NCBI GenBank assembly: GCA_010093745.1 | Contig: MU005975.1 | Span: forward strand, 248,001 to 288,217 | DNA: 40,217 nucleotides | Direction: 5' to 3' | Origin: Piedraia hortae CBS 480.64 | Taxonomy: Eukaryota | In this document: piece after piece, positions 10,852-22,854 of the stretch | How positions within the stretch are numbered: position 1 is the stretch's first letter | How the letters are laid out: the number at the start of each line of letters is the position of its first letter | Position numbers and translations under genes: made by a program | The notes under the pieces: generated by a model | Database searches by the model: none | Told to the model about the DNA's origin: nothing | Seen by the model: only the letters and a program-made list of their open reading frames with translations

Positions 10852-12232
10852 ATGGCATCCATGTCCGACGAGCTTCTACGGATGATAGTGAGAAAGCCGA
10901 GAATGAGCCGTAATGCATTATTCCGGATCATCCAGGTATGCAAGATGTTCAGAAATGTGGGCATAGAGCTGCTATGGCGCAGAGTGCCCGAATTCGTCTT
11001 CTGGCTTGTTCCAAGCATCGCTGACAATACTATGCCAATAAAGTCCGGCAGTTAACAATCTGTTCTCCTCTCTCGCCTCAGGTCAAATGGCTCAAATTTC
11101 CTAACCTCAGACACCTCAAGATGTGTTTTGACAGCCATGTGCTCCCGGAAGAGAAAATTCTTTTATCGGATATTATGCACAGCTCTTGGTACCGCGCCTG
11201 AAAATGATACACAGACGCTCAGGACGGGAAAGGTGTTGGTTCGACTACTTGGAAGGGAATGATTTGGTGAGATGTCTCGATCAGCTTCATAATGTTCACA
11301 CCCTGCGCCTCACGTCAAAGGTAAGAGGCCTTTACATATCCAGCGACGACTTGCTCCTACACCTAGCCCAGCGGCGCTAGCTGGTGACGTTAGAGCTTGG
11401 TCATCGCATCACTGCCCGGTCTCTAAACCAGCTTGTAGCCCTTTCAGGGTTACTATTACGCGATCTCTGCGATCTGACCGTCGGACTGGGTTGGGACAAA
11501 ATGTCGACGTTAGTCCAGCTTATGCCCGATCTTGTCGAGCTGCAACTGTCAGTGCAGAGATGCCAATCCACCTCATTCCTGATAGATAGCAGGAACCATC
11601 TGGCCAAGCTTCGAAGCTTGAGCATCATATTCCACGCAGTGAAGGAGATTCAACGTCGTGAGATTGAGTGTTTGGGGTATTTAGCATTGCTGAGACGCTT
11701 GAGCATCACCCACGACGGAAACCCCAAGCTTGGCGTTGTCGAAGGGATGGATCTAGATGAGACCTTACTTGGATATGACTTTGAGGTGCTTTTCTCCAGA
11801 CTCAGTCAGTTGCAAGAGGTTGTCTTCGACGACAACATTGAATCAACTGTTGGCATCATGAGGATGCTCGGGAAGCACTGTCTTAACCTCATGTATTGCT
11901 CAGTTCATATGGAAGCATCAAAGCTGAGGACTTTGCTGGCCGGAACGGGGGTTCTCTTCCCAACTTTAAAACGCCTTGAGATTGGCAATTACAAGCCCCA
12001 GAATGATCTTACTCGTTCAGTCAATGAGCGCTTTGTGCCTACAGCCGTTCTAAACAATCTGATGGACATGGGCCACAAGGAGCACGCGCCTAGGATCAAT
12101 ACCTTATATGTTCATATATCTCGTACGGACAGGATCGGACTCTCAAGGCTAATCTTAAAGCACCCACAAGGCTGTTACGCCTTCGGACTTGGCGGTGTAA
12201 AGCTAAACGGTCCTTTTTTCAATGCAGCATGA
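10852..12232 (+). pseudogene. F-box / leucine-rich-repeat protein pseudogene
   Basis: F-box-like MSDELLRMIV...VCKMFRNVGIELLWR; then a frameshift and TGA (HR*QYYANKVRQL), a second frameshift near 11180, and an in-frame TAG at 11378-11380. LxxLxL repeats follow (LVELQL, LRSLSI, LRRLSI, FPTLKRLEI). Confidence 0.7.
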
Positions 12233-12481
12233 ACCTGATAGCGGGAATATTCATGTACCGGATGATGGTACTTATCAGGCAGACTCCATTGCTAGGCGGT
12301 GTCTGATTATTTTTTAAGAGCTTCGTTAGGGTGAGTCCCCAAGCCAGAGTTTTTATTTCTACCCCACTCGCAAAGCTGACCCCGCGCTAACCGCTTCTGG
12401 CACGACGTTGTTTCTTCGCGGCTAAACTCCGTACCGCGTCTTTACCGTCGACAGCCACCGCGACACCTTCGCTCTCCAACC

Positions 12482-13644
12482 ATGCTTGCTCGACGTGTGC
12501 TGCGGGCACTGCCTCGGGCTACGAATGCGCGCAGCTATGCCACGACGCTTGAAACCGATGCGAGCAAGGTGACAAAGTACGGCGGCCGCTACACCGTCAC
12601 ACTGATCCCCGGTAAGTCTGTCCGCGAACGTCTCGGTCCACAGCTGACATGACAGGCGACGGTATCGGAGCCGAAGTGTCAGAGTCGGTCAAGACGATTT
12701 TCCGGGCTGAGGCGGTGCCGGTCGACTGGGAACAGGTGGACGTTTCGGGCATGGAATATGGCGCCAAACACTCGGAAGACCTCTTCCGCGAGTCGATTGC
12801 ATCGCTGAAGCGCAACAAGCTTGGACTCAAGGGAATTCTACACACGCCAGTGGAGCGATCGGGCCACCAGTCGTTCAACGTTGCTCTGCGACAGGAGTTG
12901 GACATTTACGCCAGCGTTTCTATGATTCGCAACATTCCGGGCTACGATACGCGTCACAAGAACGTTAATCTCTGCATCATCCGCGAGAACACTGAGGGCG
13001 AGTATTCAGGGCTCGAGCACCAGTCGGTGGAAGGCGTGGTCGAGTCGCTCAAGATCATCACGCGCGCAAAGTCGGAGCGCATTGCCAAGTTCGCCTTCTC
13101 GTTTGCGCTGGCGAACAACCGACGCAAGGTGACGTGCATCCACAAGGCCAACATCATGAAGCTTGCCGACGGCCTCTTCCGCAACACTGTCGCGCGTGTA
13201 TCGGAGGAGTATCCTACCATCAAGACGGACGACATGATTGTCGACAACGCGTCGATGCAGTGCGTCAGCCGTCCGCAGCAGTTTGATGTCATGGTGATGC
13301 CCAACTTGTACGGTGGTATCCTTTCCAACATCGGCGCCGGTCTGGTCGGCGGTCCGGGCATCGTTCCCGGATGCAACGTCGGCCGTGACGTGGCCGTGTT
13401 CGAGCCCGGATGTCGCCACGTGGGGTTGGACATCCAAGGAAAAGACCAGGCGAATCCCATTGCCCTGATCCTTTCCAGCACGATGATGTTGCGCCAATTG
13501 GGACTGGAAGACCACTCAGCCCGCATCAGCAAGGCCGTCTACGACATCGTAGCCGAAGGCAAGGTCCGAACACGCGACATGGGCGGCGACTCTACCACGC
13601 ACCAATTCACCCGTGCCGTCTTGGACAAACTGGAGACATATTAG
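12482..13644 (+). CDS. IDH1: NAD-dependent isocitrate dehydrogenase subunit 1, mitochondrial; intron 12612-12655
   Basis: Presequence MLARRVLRALPR; splicing GTAAGT...CTGAC...CAG (44 nt) restores YTVTLIPGDGIG. Motifs SFNVALRQELDIYAS, RENTEGEYSG, HKANIMK and FEPGCRHVGLDI (IDH1-type). Confidence 0.97.
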
Positions 13645-13681
13645 TTGCAGCCATTCAGTACACATATTTCACGTTCTCAAT

Positions 13682-14311
13682 TCACAACTTCCCCTTCAAC
13701 TCCTCCCCAAAAAACTCCCACACAAGATCAACATGATCAAACCCCCAAACCGCATCCCTCTTCCCCTTATCGTCCTCCATAACAATATACGGAAGTCCAA
13801 ACGCGCCCTCATCAAACGCCTTTTGCGTGTTCTTTTTAACCAACTCCTTAATCTCCTCGGTCTTCGACCTCTCTACAACCCTCTTCCCCTCATCATCCCC
13901 CAGCACCCCCCTCAAAATCCTGCCGAAAACCTCCTCGTCCTGCACATCCGCATTCCCCTCGACCCAAATCCGTCGATACAGTGCCTCGACACACTCTCTC
14001 AATTTACCCTCGGGAACAGCCGCTAACGCGCGCATCGCTTTCAATGTATTCGGGGGAAAGTTCTTTGGTGCGTATTCTGCGATAGGGATGTTGTACTTCT
14101 TCGCGAGGCGCTTGCGTTCTTTTTCGGTCCAGGCGCCTTTGTTTAGGATCCGGATTGGGGGGGTGTTGTGCGTCATTTGCATTAATCCGCCGAGGAAGAT
14201 GGGGGTGAGGTTTAGGGTTGCGCTTGCTGGGAGGCTGCGTGTGAGGTGGTAGAAGGCGAGCCACGCGAAGGGGCTGACGATGTCGAAGTAGAGGGTTATG
14301 CTGCCTGGCAT
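13682..14311 (-). CDS. Glutathione S-transferase kappa / HCCA isomerase (DsbA-like thioredoxin fold)
   Basis: Motifs LYFDIVSPFAWLAF, IFLGGLM...NTPP, GAFGLPYI and WGFDH; the C-terminal -GKL resembles a PTS1. Confidence 0.9.
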   Translation of the reverse strand: MPGSITLYFDIVSPFAWLAFYHLTRSLPASATLNLTPIFLGGLMQMTHNTPPIRILNKGAWTEKERKRLAKKYNIPIAEYAPKNFPPNTLKAMRALAAVPEGKLRECVEALYRRIWVEGNADVQDEEVFGRILRGVLGDDEGKRVVERSKTEEIKELVKKNTQKAFDEGAFGLPYIVMEDDKGKRDAVWGFDHVDLVWEFFGEELKGKL

Positions 14312-14468
14312 TGTGATGGAGAATGGGGGGAAGGATGGAGGGATGCTTCGCGCTGAGCTCGCGGGGAGATGCTCAGAGCCGAGGCTCGGGTGGCGTCTCT
14401 CATACCTAGGCTCGCAAGTGGATCCCAGCTAGAGGGTATTCTTTGAGTTCAAAGTAATCCGCCCAGAC

Positions 14469-15953
14469 TTATTCTACCCTCCTCCTCCAAACCATAATAT
14501 AACTCTCCCTCGCCGCCAACAACTCCCTATCAACCCTCTCGACCCACAGATCCTGCATTTCCCACCACTTCCCCTCCCCTTCAAGAACCTGCACCTTCCA
14601 CATTTTCCTCTCCTGCTCCCCCTCCACCGAATCATCACGCACCTTGACCCCCTCATACGTAACGTTCCCCACGAGATCATACACCTCCCTCCCCCTCCCC
14701 ACCTCCACCGGCTGCGGCTCCACAAGGGGAGCTAAATCCAACCCCTCAGTCCCAAACGTAACAATCGTCTGATTCCTCGTTTCGTCAAGAAACTTGTTCC
14801 TCTGAAACCTCTTGATATGCATAATCACATACTCCGGCAGGGGATGTAACAACCTATACCTCACCCGCGTGTTCGCCCTCTCCTGCGCCGTGATGCCATT
14901 GTATTTTTGCAGGACACTCCACAATGACACCTGTGGGATGAGGTTTCCCTCTGCATCGTCTTGGAAGAGGGGTGCGGGGGGGAGGTCTAGTGTGAGGATT
15001 ATGAAGGGGACGACTTTGGAGTCGATTTCCGCGTCCTCGAAGCGGAGGCGGTCGCTTGCGTCTGCGCGAGGGGTGATGTGTTGGGACTCGATGCGTAACC
15101 TGCCTTGGAAGGTTTGTTGGATCAAGGAGGTTTTGGGTTTGGAGCGGTGGCCGCCTAGGGAAAGGTGGAGGGTGTTTAGGAACCAGCCTAGAAACTCGGC
15201 GGGGTCGTTTTGAGCGGTTAGGGTGAAACGCTTCGAGCTGCGTGAGGTTATGGTTTGGATTAGCTCGTGAGGCGAGACGTGGGATTTAAAGGCTCGTTTG
15301 TTCCAGAGTTTGCGGATTAGGGATGCGAAGGTTTGGATTATGGCGGGTTTGGCGGTGAGGTTCGAGAGGAGGAAGTAGTCACGTATGGGGGTTACGTGGG
15401 AGAGGATTTGAACGATGACGTTAACGTAGTCGTTGGATTTGATGTTGTTGATTCCCATGAAGCCTGGGATGTATTCTCGTCCCCAGAGGTCGACGACGGC
15501 AGGGTTGGAAGCGCTGAGGCGGCGGACGTCCTCAGGGGTGTAGGTCGGTTCGACGACATACTTGATATCTTCGACGCTGCGGTTCAATACTTCGTAGCCA
15601 TCGGGGAGGATGTAGATTTTCTTGGTGGAGAGGTTGATGAAGACGTGGTGGTTGAGGTCTAATGCGTGAAGGTACGCCGGGGTTTGGCGGCCTCGGCCGG
15701 AGAAGTAGCGACCGCAGACGAGACAGGCGTAGATGTTTACGGTTGTTAAGGTGACTGAGCATTGCTTTTCGAAATCAAAGTCGAGGTTCTTGCGCGAAAT
15801 GGTGTCCAGGTAGAGGTCGGAGTAGAGGTCTGCGTTGAATTCGGCCGCGCCGTTGGCGCTAGGAGAGGCGCTTTCGCTGAGGGATTCGCTGTTTAGGCGC
15901 GCTTTCTTTGGAGAGGGAGAGCTCAGTTCCCCGCTGGATGGGCGTTTGGGCAT
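14469..15953 (-). CDS. SAD1: U4/U6.U5 tri-snRNP-associated protein 2 (Sad1/USP39, inactive ubiquitin hydrolase)
   Basis: LYLDTISRKNLDFDFEKQCSVTL...YACLVCGRYFSGRG (zf-UBP); GINNIKSNDYVN with Asp replacing the catalytic Cys; FKSHVSPHEL; LDLPPAPLFQD. Confidence 0.96.
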   Translation of the reverse strand: MPKRPSSGELSSPSPKKARLNSESLSESASPSANGAAEFNADLYSDLYLDTISRKNLDFDFEKQCSVTLTTVNIYACLVCGRYFSGRGRQTPAYLHALDLNHHVFINLSTKKIYILPDGYEVLNRSVEDIKYVVEPTYTPEDVRRLSASNPAVVDLWGREYIPGFMGINNIKSNDYVNVIVQILSHVTPIRDYFLLSNLTAKPAIIQTFASLIRKLWNKRAFKSHVSPHELIQTITSRSSKRFTLTAQNDPAEFLGWFLNTLHLSLGGHRSKPKTSLIQQTFQGRLRIESQHITPRADASDRLRFEDAEIDSKVVPFIILTLDLPPAPLFQDDAEGNLIPQVSLWSVLQKYNGITAQERANTRVRYRLLHPLPEYVIMHIKRFQRNKFLDETRNQTIVTFGTEGLDLAPLVEPQPVEVGRGREVYDLVGNVTYEGVKVRDDSVEGEQERKMWKVQVLEGEGKWWEMQDLWVERVDRELLAARESYIMVWRRRVE

Positions 15954-16123
15954 TGTTCCGTCGTTGGAGGGTGCGAACGCCGACAGCGAATGTAAGGTCC
16001 GCTAACCAAATTCAGACCAGTGCTGCGGCCCGACCCGACCCGTATTCACACTGAATTCCGCTCCTCACGTGATATTCAGTTTGTCAGCACTATCGAGGAA
16101 ACATGCACACCCTTGGCATAGAG

Positions 16124-16296
16124 TATCACTGGTGTTGACAGGAAACAGCGATGGAAGGAAGACAACGCGACTGCCCGCCCGAGCTGGCGGGCGGAACTAT
16201 GTACAAGAAACAAGTGATCTATCAGCGATAACAATGTCACTCATGCGATCGCATGCTGAGGCACGGGCAAGGATCGAAACTGGCCATCGCCTTGTA
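16124..16296 (+). mobile_element. Family B element, copy 3
   Basis: TATCACTGGTG...GCCTTGTA, 173 bp, perfect TSD TAGAG (16119-16123 / 16297-16301). Confidence 0.9.
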
Positions 16297-17595
16297 TAGA
16301 GCTCATCTTACACACTGCAAAAAATCTGCGTCATGTCCACTCAGCCCACCACAATGGCTCAAATTAATGACTCCTCATCTTCCAACAAGAAGCTACAAAC
16401 TGAAGGCCTCGCTGGAACTGGAAGAGCATACTTCGACATGCTTCTTTGAATCTGAGTTGTGCTGTGTATTGACCTACCGACTCGAGAAGCTTTCAGTCGC
16501 CGTGTATTCCACCGGAATAGTAGTGTTCAGTGGCGCCACACCTGGAGACGCTATCACAGACACTTAGTTAAAGGGGACGAACTGATAGTGTGAGTACATT
16601 AAGACATGAATAATGGTATCATTCCATGTGCTGCATACAGGAAAGGACGTTGTTCATGGTTATCACGTGACACACCCTTCAACTCACTTATAACAATATC
16701 ACCACTTATGCTCGCCCGTTTTGCATCGGAGATGTCACGATTAGTGAGTAACATTGATTGTCGTTGTCAGGCGATAGCGTAATTAGTAGCGAATGTCGAT
16801 CTATCGGTACGACACGTTCTTGAGGCATGGTGGGACTGGGTGGGCTAGGGCTCTCATGATAGCTGAGCATAGATTAGTATGCAATTTACAGACTATTTTG
16901 TTCATTAAAGTTCTCTTTCCACGTATCTGAAACACTGCTTCGGTCCCAAAGAAACGTAATGCAACGCGCCGGGCATCAAATTTGCAAAGTTCTGTCAAGT
17001 GGCATTTCAGGTAACTGGGACGGTGCAGGTGGGGAAGTGTCCTTTGGTACATCCAAGATCTCTTGACGAACGTGAGGAGTATCGGAGCTGCTCGTCAACT
17101 CAGCTCTGGGATTGCCTATCTTGTTGTAGTTGAAATTCCCCCCCTCCCCCCAACACACACACATCGTGTAGAAACGCAAACTGCTGAAAGTTCTATTATC
17201 ATCTGAATTAATGGCATTAACGTGGCGAGTAATGCGATGTTGTACACAATGCTTGCTTCGAGGCTGTATTGGGAAACTTCACGTCACTCGCACAGACCAT
17301 CTGGAATTGCCTGCGCCATAAAGCTTGAATGAGCAATGCTCTTGTCAAAATGGTAGGGACAAAACAGAAACACAATAGCACGGCATCCAAATCCTACAGT
17401 CAATGTACCTTTAACAACAATGACACATCGTTTGGGGTGATGGCTTCGTGTCGGTAAAATGTACGGTCCGGGAATCCTCGCTTACCATATGACCACACAT
17501 TCACCCGGCTCTTTGATACATAATCTCACTCAACGCCCACATTTTCATTTCTACTCATACTGCACAACTCAGCACGATGAACTAGCCTTGACTCA

Positions 17596-18130
17596 ATGGA
17601 CGATGAGAGAGCGGCTGCTGTCTCAGTGGGATGGCCCATCCCAGGGGCCAAGGTCAAGGTGGAAGAAAACGTTCAACTGTCAGACGAAAACGTTGGCGGG
17701 GAAATTATGATCAGCGGGTCGCAGCTCATGGCTGGTTACTTCTGCAATGAAGCTACCACTACAAAAACAATTGTAAACGGCTGGCTTCATATGGGTGACC
17801 TCGGTTACATCAAGGACGGCCACGTCTATTTAATCGAGAGGCTTGAAAGTTGGCGGCTTCCAGTTGGCACCTGCCAAACTGGAGGAAGTACTTCGTCCGC
17901 ATACTGACATCGTCGAAGCATCCGCTTTCGGAGCCGACTTTGGCGTCAAGAGCATCAATTTACTTGCGTTGTTTGTCGCCGCGGAGCAACAAAAGGCACA
18001 TCTGCGCAGGAAGTTGACGGTTAACGAGGTCGATTGGTGCGAAACTCTGTATGTGGACTGCATTCCCAAGAATGCTGCTGGAAAAGTGCTGGAAAAAGCA
18101 CTTCGTGAGATGGTCGGGATGGGCGAATAG
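17596..18130 (+). pseudogene. C-terminal fragment of an AMP-binding acyl-CoA / 4-coumarate-CoA-ligase-like enzyme
   Basis: SVGWPIPG, GEIMISGSQLMAGY and GWLHMGDLGY, then frameshifted KVGGFQLAPAKLEEVL and IPKNAAGKVL; N-terminal half not found. Confidence 0.85.
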
Positions 18131-19919
18131 AAAACGTAGGTAGAGGCTAGACGATAGCATCTCTAGATAGACAGATATTTGCTTGATGGAATTCCCTATT
18201 ATGCTCTCAAAAATTCCTGATACATCACTATGTGCCCGATTTGCTCTCATGATATACTTCCGAGCCTTGTAGTGGCGGTTCGAGCCCTCTTGCCATTCCA
18301 TGCATCCCCTCTTGCGCGACACTCGCGACAGCAATTGATACTCTGTTAGAATTTATAATCCAGTCTGGCAAACTTGCTTTCACACTGCACGCGGCATGCT
18401 TTACGGAAACGGATGCAATTGTCTCTCTCAAGTCGCAGGTGCTATAGCCGTCTGACACGTTAAGATGCTAGAACCCTAGATCTCGTAAAGTCACTCTACT
18501 CATCGACAACGAAGATCTCGCGACAACTATACAAATCCCGAACCCCCGCCTCGGTCTCAACCCCATTCCCTCCACACAAACTTTCCGCATAACGTTCTTT
18601 GCCTTTCCTGCACACTCTCTTAACCACCTCCAGCATCCGAACCTCTCCTCCGAAATCTCACCGATAGTTCTGCGAACGCTTTCCCCTTAGCGGCCCGAAG
18701 TTACCTCTCTCCTCAATCATCTCACGGATCCTAGGATCCATTTCAGTCTCCTCCTTTGGGACTTTACGGCGCTTTTGCAGTTTTTTGCGCGTTGCCTTAT
18801 GTTTGGGGGTGAAGAGACGGTGACGTGGACATTTTGTTTTTCCAGGCACCGACTTGTCGGCCACTTCGTGAACGTACTCGTCTACTGAGGAGTAGTAGAA
18901 ATATTCGCCGGCATGGCTCGGCACAGAGCTGTACACCTGCGCGGTGTGGAGCCGCTTATCGTCGCTAGTGTAGAGGAGTAAGGAGTTCGTTGTTTCGTAG
19001 GAGACGGGGAGGTCAGTTGGCATGGACGGGCAACAGTCGTCGTAGACGACGGAGTCAGTGCTCACGGTGCTGCTTGTTGAATGGCTTGACGAGGTGTTCC
19101 CACAAATTGATGGCTTTGTTTTTGTTTGCGTGGAGTTTTGTTGAGAGATGCTAGTAGGAAAGCATTATGGCGATTTGAAAATATCTTCTTCGATGGAGAA
19201 AAGTGATGCCTGGTGTTGTGCAGAGGGAACGAGAGAGTTCGTAGAAAGAGGAGGCAGAGTAGAGTACGCCGCAAGCATTTGTTGATATCTTTTCGTGGGT
19301 CACGCATGTTGACTTCTAAAGACACATGCCAATGATGAGCTGGAGATAACTTTCATGTCAACATCGTTCACTTTGTGCTCAATTCATCTGTTGGGTTTTA
19401 GCCTGGATCTCATTTTCCAGTTGGATGCTCAAAAAAAGTGGCCAACGTCACATTCATCATGTGAAATGACACATAATATTCTAGCTCTGTATGCTCTCTG
19501 AACACAGGCTTCATCTTCTTTGATTGCAGGTTGCAAGGTTCAACGTTAGATCTTTCGGAGGATGAACTCTCCACACAGCCTTACACAAGTCCGAGGCTTT
19601 GTCGGTCGACCAGATGCACTCCACCATCTTCGGATTCTTTTCAAATCTGCGGCCAGCCAGATCGATGCCATCAAACCGGCCCTCCCCTCCTCAATACTAT
19701 TTCGTAGGTAATGCAATCGTCTTTGGTACGGAATCCATCGGAAAAGAGTCTTTGTGAGACAGAACCTTCCAAACCTCCTTAGACTGCGGCTCCAATTTCC
19801 ACCAAAGTACTGTTCAATTATAGCATAAGGGCAAAACCGAAATTGTTCACCAGAATGAACCTCCCGAAAACATCCTCCATTCCAATCACGCTATTCTCAG
19901 TGCCTACTCAGGCCGCATT

Positions 19920-20287
19920 TGTTGGCATGAAGCCTCGTTGCTATGAGTATACGATGCTACTACGCGACACCTCTTACACCAGTAGCTGCACCCTAGGTTT
20001 TGTGCTCATAGAGATTTCCCTCGGGACCGTGTCGCATGCGACATGGTGAATGCGCCCTGCTACTGTTTGAGATGAGACATGGAGTAAGGCTGCATGCTGA
20101 TGGTCTTACTGCATGTATGACCACTTTCTTACGGTTATACGATTGATGACTCTTCATACGAGGCTACGCACTGGCCTTTCAGCCCAGAATATATTCTCTG
20201 ATGTCCCCTTGTAGATATACTTGTATTCACTCATAAACATATCTCTCTCCATCCATCGTTCTTACTCGCACATACCGTCTGTTTTCA
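19920..20287. mobile_element. Divergent family-A-related solo LTR (opposite orientation to copies 1-3)
   Basis: TGTTG...TTTCA termini, perfect TSD GCATT (19915-19919 / 20288-20292); shares AGCTGCACCCTAGGTTTT and GACATGGTGAAT with the reverse complement of LTR A. Confidence 0.75.
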
Positions 20288-21151
20288 GCATTGTCAATGC
20301 AGCGCTGCTTTTTGTTGCAGCTCGCCCGCACAACCACCCCTGGGCCTCGAAAGCCTTTGCAAGTTTATGCCGATGATTCCGCAAAATTTGAACCCCTACC
20401 ACACGTCTCCTCTGACCCGAGATTGTTCATGCGACGCATGAAGTAACTCACGTGGAGAATCTTGCTGACGGGAAAATCTGCCAGGACAGTTGATGTGAGA
20501 GCTCTCCGCACGAGCCACCTCGTTTCTGGCCGATTTTCCCTTAGCGGCTCGGGATTATCCCTCCCCTCAAATCTGGCTCTTCCTTCTTGACAACCAGACA
20601 CATCTTCCGCGACTTTTGAAGCTCTTGGCACTCAAATATCGACTTAGGAAATGGACTGCTGAGCGAGGTTAAGGGTTTGTTTGTCTTTGAGGTCGTACTC
20701 GCGGCGAGGTCGGGCTCGTCTGTTAACGGTGGTACAATGTATCGTCCGTAGGGCCAGACGCACTGGAGTATATATGTGCGGTATGATATGCACAAATCCC
20801 ACAGTCATCGGCACCATTAAGTTGAGTTTTCTCACAAGGCTTAGGTTTTGGACTGGATGCTGGAAGATAGAGGCCAAAGCAATTTTCTTTCTGTGAGGAA
20901 GTTGGGATTACTGAATTGATGAACCTACTCCTCTCCGTATGTAGATTAGTCGCAAGAATCCATGTTCACGGGGATGAGCGCCCCTTGTTATCATCACTAG
21001 CAAAATCCTCACAAAAACTGTAAAGTACATCCACCCCAGACTCATTTTCCTCGACGTAATCCCCAGTCGCGTTGTCTGCAGCGCCCTTTGCGCTTCCCGC
21101 TGACCCGCGAACCCGCGCCCGTCGATGGAAAACCCTCTCCAAGATTCTGGA

Positions 21152-21555
21152 GATAGTTCTACAAGGAGCTTGTTGCTTGCTGGTGACGAGCTCAACAATT
21201 TTGCGACGGTTTTACGGGGCGGTAGGGAGTGTCTTCGAAAAGATACCTCTCGGATCCGGGCGTTTTTCCCTGAGCGGCCGGGGGTCATCCCGCTGCTACA
21301 TCTTCTCAGCCGCCTTGATATCTACCTCTAATCATTCCTTGGTAGGCTGCACGCCTGACCCATCCCCATAATTTCGGCGATAGTTCTGCGAAGACCTCGT
21401 TGCTTGCTGGTGGCGAACACATTAATTTTGCGGCGGTTGTATCGGGCAAGTACAATTCTAAGGAGAGTCCTCAACAAGAGACCCTGCGTTTCCCCCTGAG
21501 CGGCCGGGGGCCATCCTGCTCTAAGATCAATTCGGCTGCCCTAATATTTACCTTC
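21152..21555. repeat. Diverged tandem duplication, period ~227 bp
   Basis: GATAGTTCT at 21152 and 21379; GTTGCTTGCTGGTG in both copies; TGAGCGGCCGGGGG at 21271 and 21497. Confidence 0.85.
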
Positions 21556-22854
21556 GGTTCCAGTTCAACAGTTCATGGCGACTTCTGGTCCTTCTGAAGT
21601 TTGCGGCGTTGACGCTCGGGCTCGGAGGGGTGATGACAAAGGAAGCTAGCCGGCTAACGTGTCCTCCAAACTGCGTCCCTCCTCTGTTGTGTGCGCTTCT
21701 ATGACAGGATGGCAGAGTTCTCCTGTGGCATCGTGCTGAGGTGTAAATCCGCGCCGTGTGGATGTCAGCATCGTCTGTGTAGAAATGTACATGGGTGGTT
21801 GCCACGTTAGAGGCCAGGATTTTGTTCGGTATTGTTGGGCGACTTTTGTCTCAAATTATTAAGGTGCCGCAGTTATGTTGCTCATTTGCGGATTTTTGAT
21901 GTGTTTCCACTCCTCGAACAACATTGTCTTTGGAGTGGTGCTTTGTTTTGAGGTGTTTATGGAGGAGCATTGGAATGGGCGTGATTTGCTGAGGGATGGT
22001 CCGCAGCATGTTTTAGAGATATGCCTCGTCAGTGTTTCTTTGCGAGTAACACGAACGTGCCTTTGCTTGTCCTGTCCTGCGCTGCTCCAATATTGTTTCC
22101 CTCATGGACACGGATGCTTGACAGCGGTCGACTTTTCTCTCCACTGGTAAAAGCGTCCAAGATATATTGAACTGGGAGACACTGGTGGTGGTAACTCGCC
22201 CCTGCTTGGGCCTTCATCTAGTATATAAAGTTTCGTAGTGAGTGTGCTTGTCGCAATGCTGTCCCGGCGTACTTATAAGCATCACGAACATTGCTTCAAA
22301 GTCGGAGCAATCTACTCCGTTATGTGGGACAGTCTGAGCACAGATAAATGCCCATATTTTGTCTCGTTGATCAGCCAAGAATTACTTCCAATGTTTTCTT
22401 GCGTTGAAGAAAGCGCTGGTCTCACGCATTGATAAGATCCGTGTTGTTTGTTACCAAATACAAGCATATGCGACTGGTATGCCGATTGTCAAATCTTTCC
22501 TGTTTCACGTTCACCTCCCAAGCAACTATTCTTTGACTCGTCCGAGACCAGGTAGGATGTCATCAACCCCGCTTTGATGTTAAACGAGAACATGTGTAGC
22601 AGTGCATACAACTTGGCGTTGCGTCTTTGTGAGTTACCGGTGGCCCTTTGTTTGTTTTCCCGATATACATAGACGTCAAACGAAAAACAGACAAACAAAT
22701 CCACACCCCGACTGTCCTTCCACGGGGCCTCTGCGAATGTGACTAACAAGAATTAACAATTAGATTCGAAGTAAGTCCAATCCGCAGCAACGATATAGCT
22801 TAGCCGAAAATTACCATTCTCGGCTTTTGCCGTGGATACCTGAGCATTAACGCT

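Larger units (their letters stand above)
18658..21555 (-). pseudogene. Degenerate locus with four related peptide-coding repeats (PLR[G/E][K/N]R ... [F/L][A/V]E[L/S]S); unknown family
   Basis: Related segments at ~18660-18720, ~20370-20600, 21152-21330 and 21379-21555; stops, indels and an inserted solo LTR. Confidence 0.4.

Noticed and set aside
12954..13532. Long antisense or overlapping ORFs in IDH1 (also in CCT2, TRM61, SAD1 and the NLR)
   Set aside because: These are shadows of codon bias in real genes, with no recognisable motifs.
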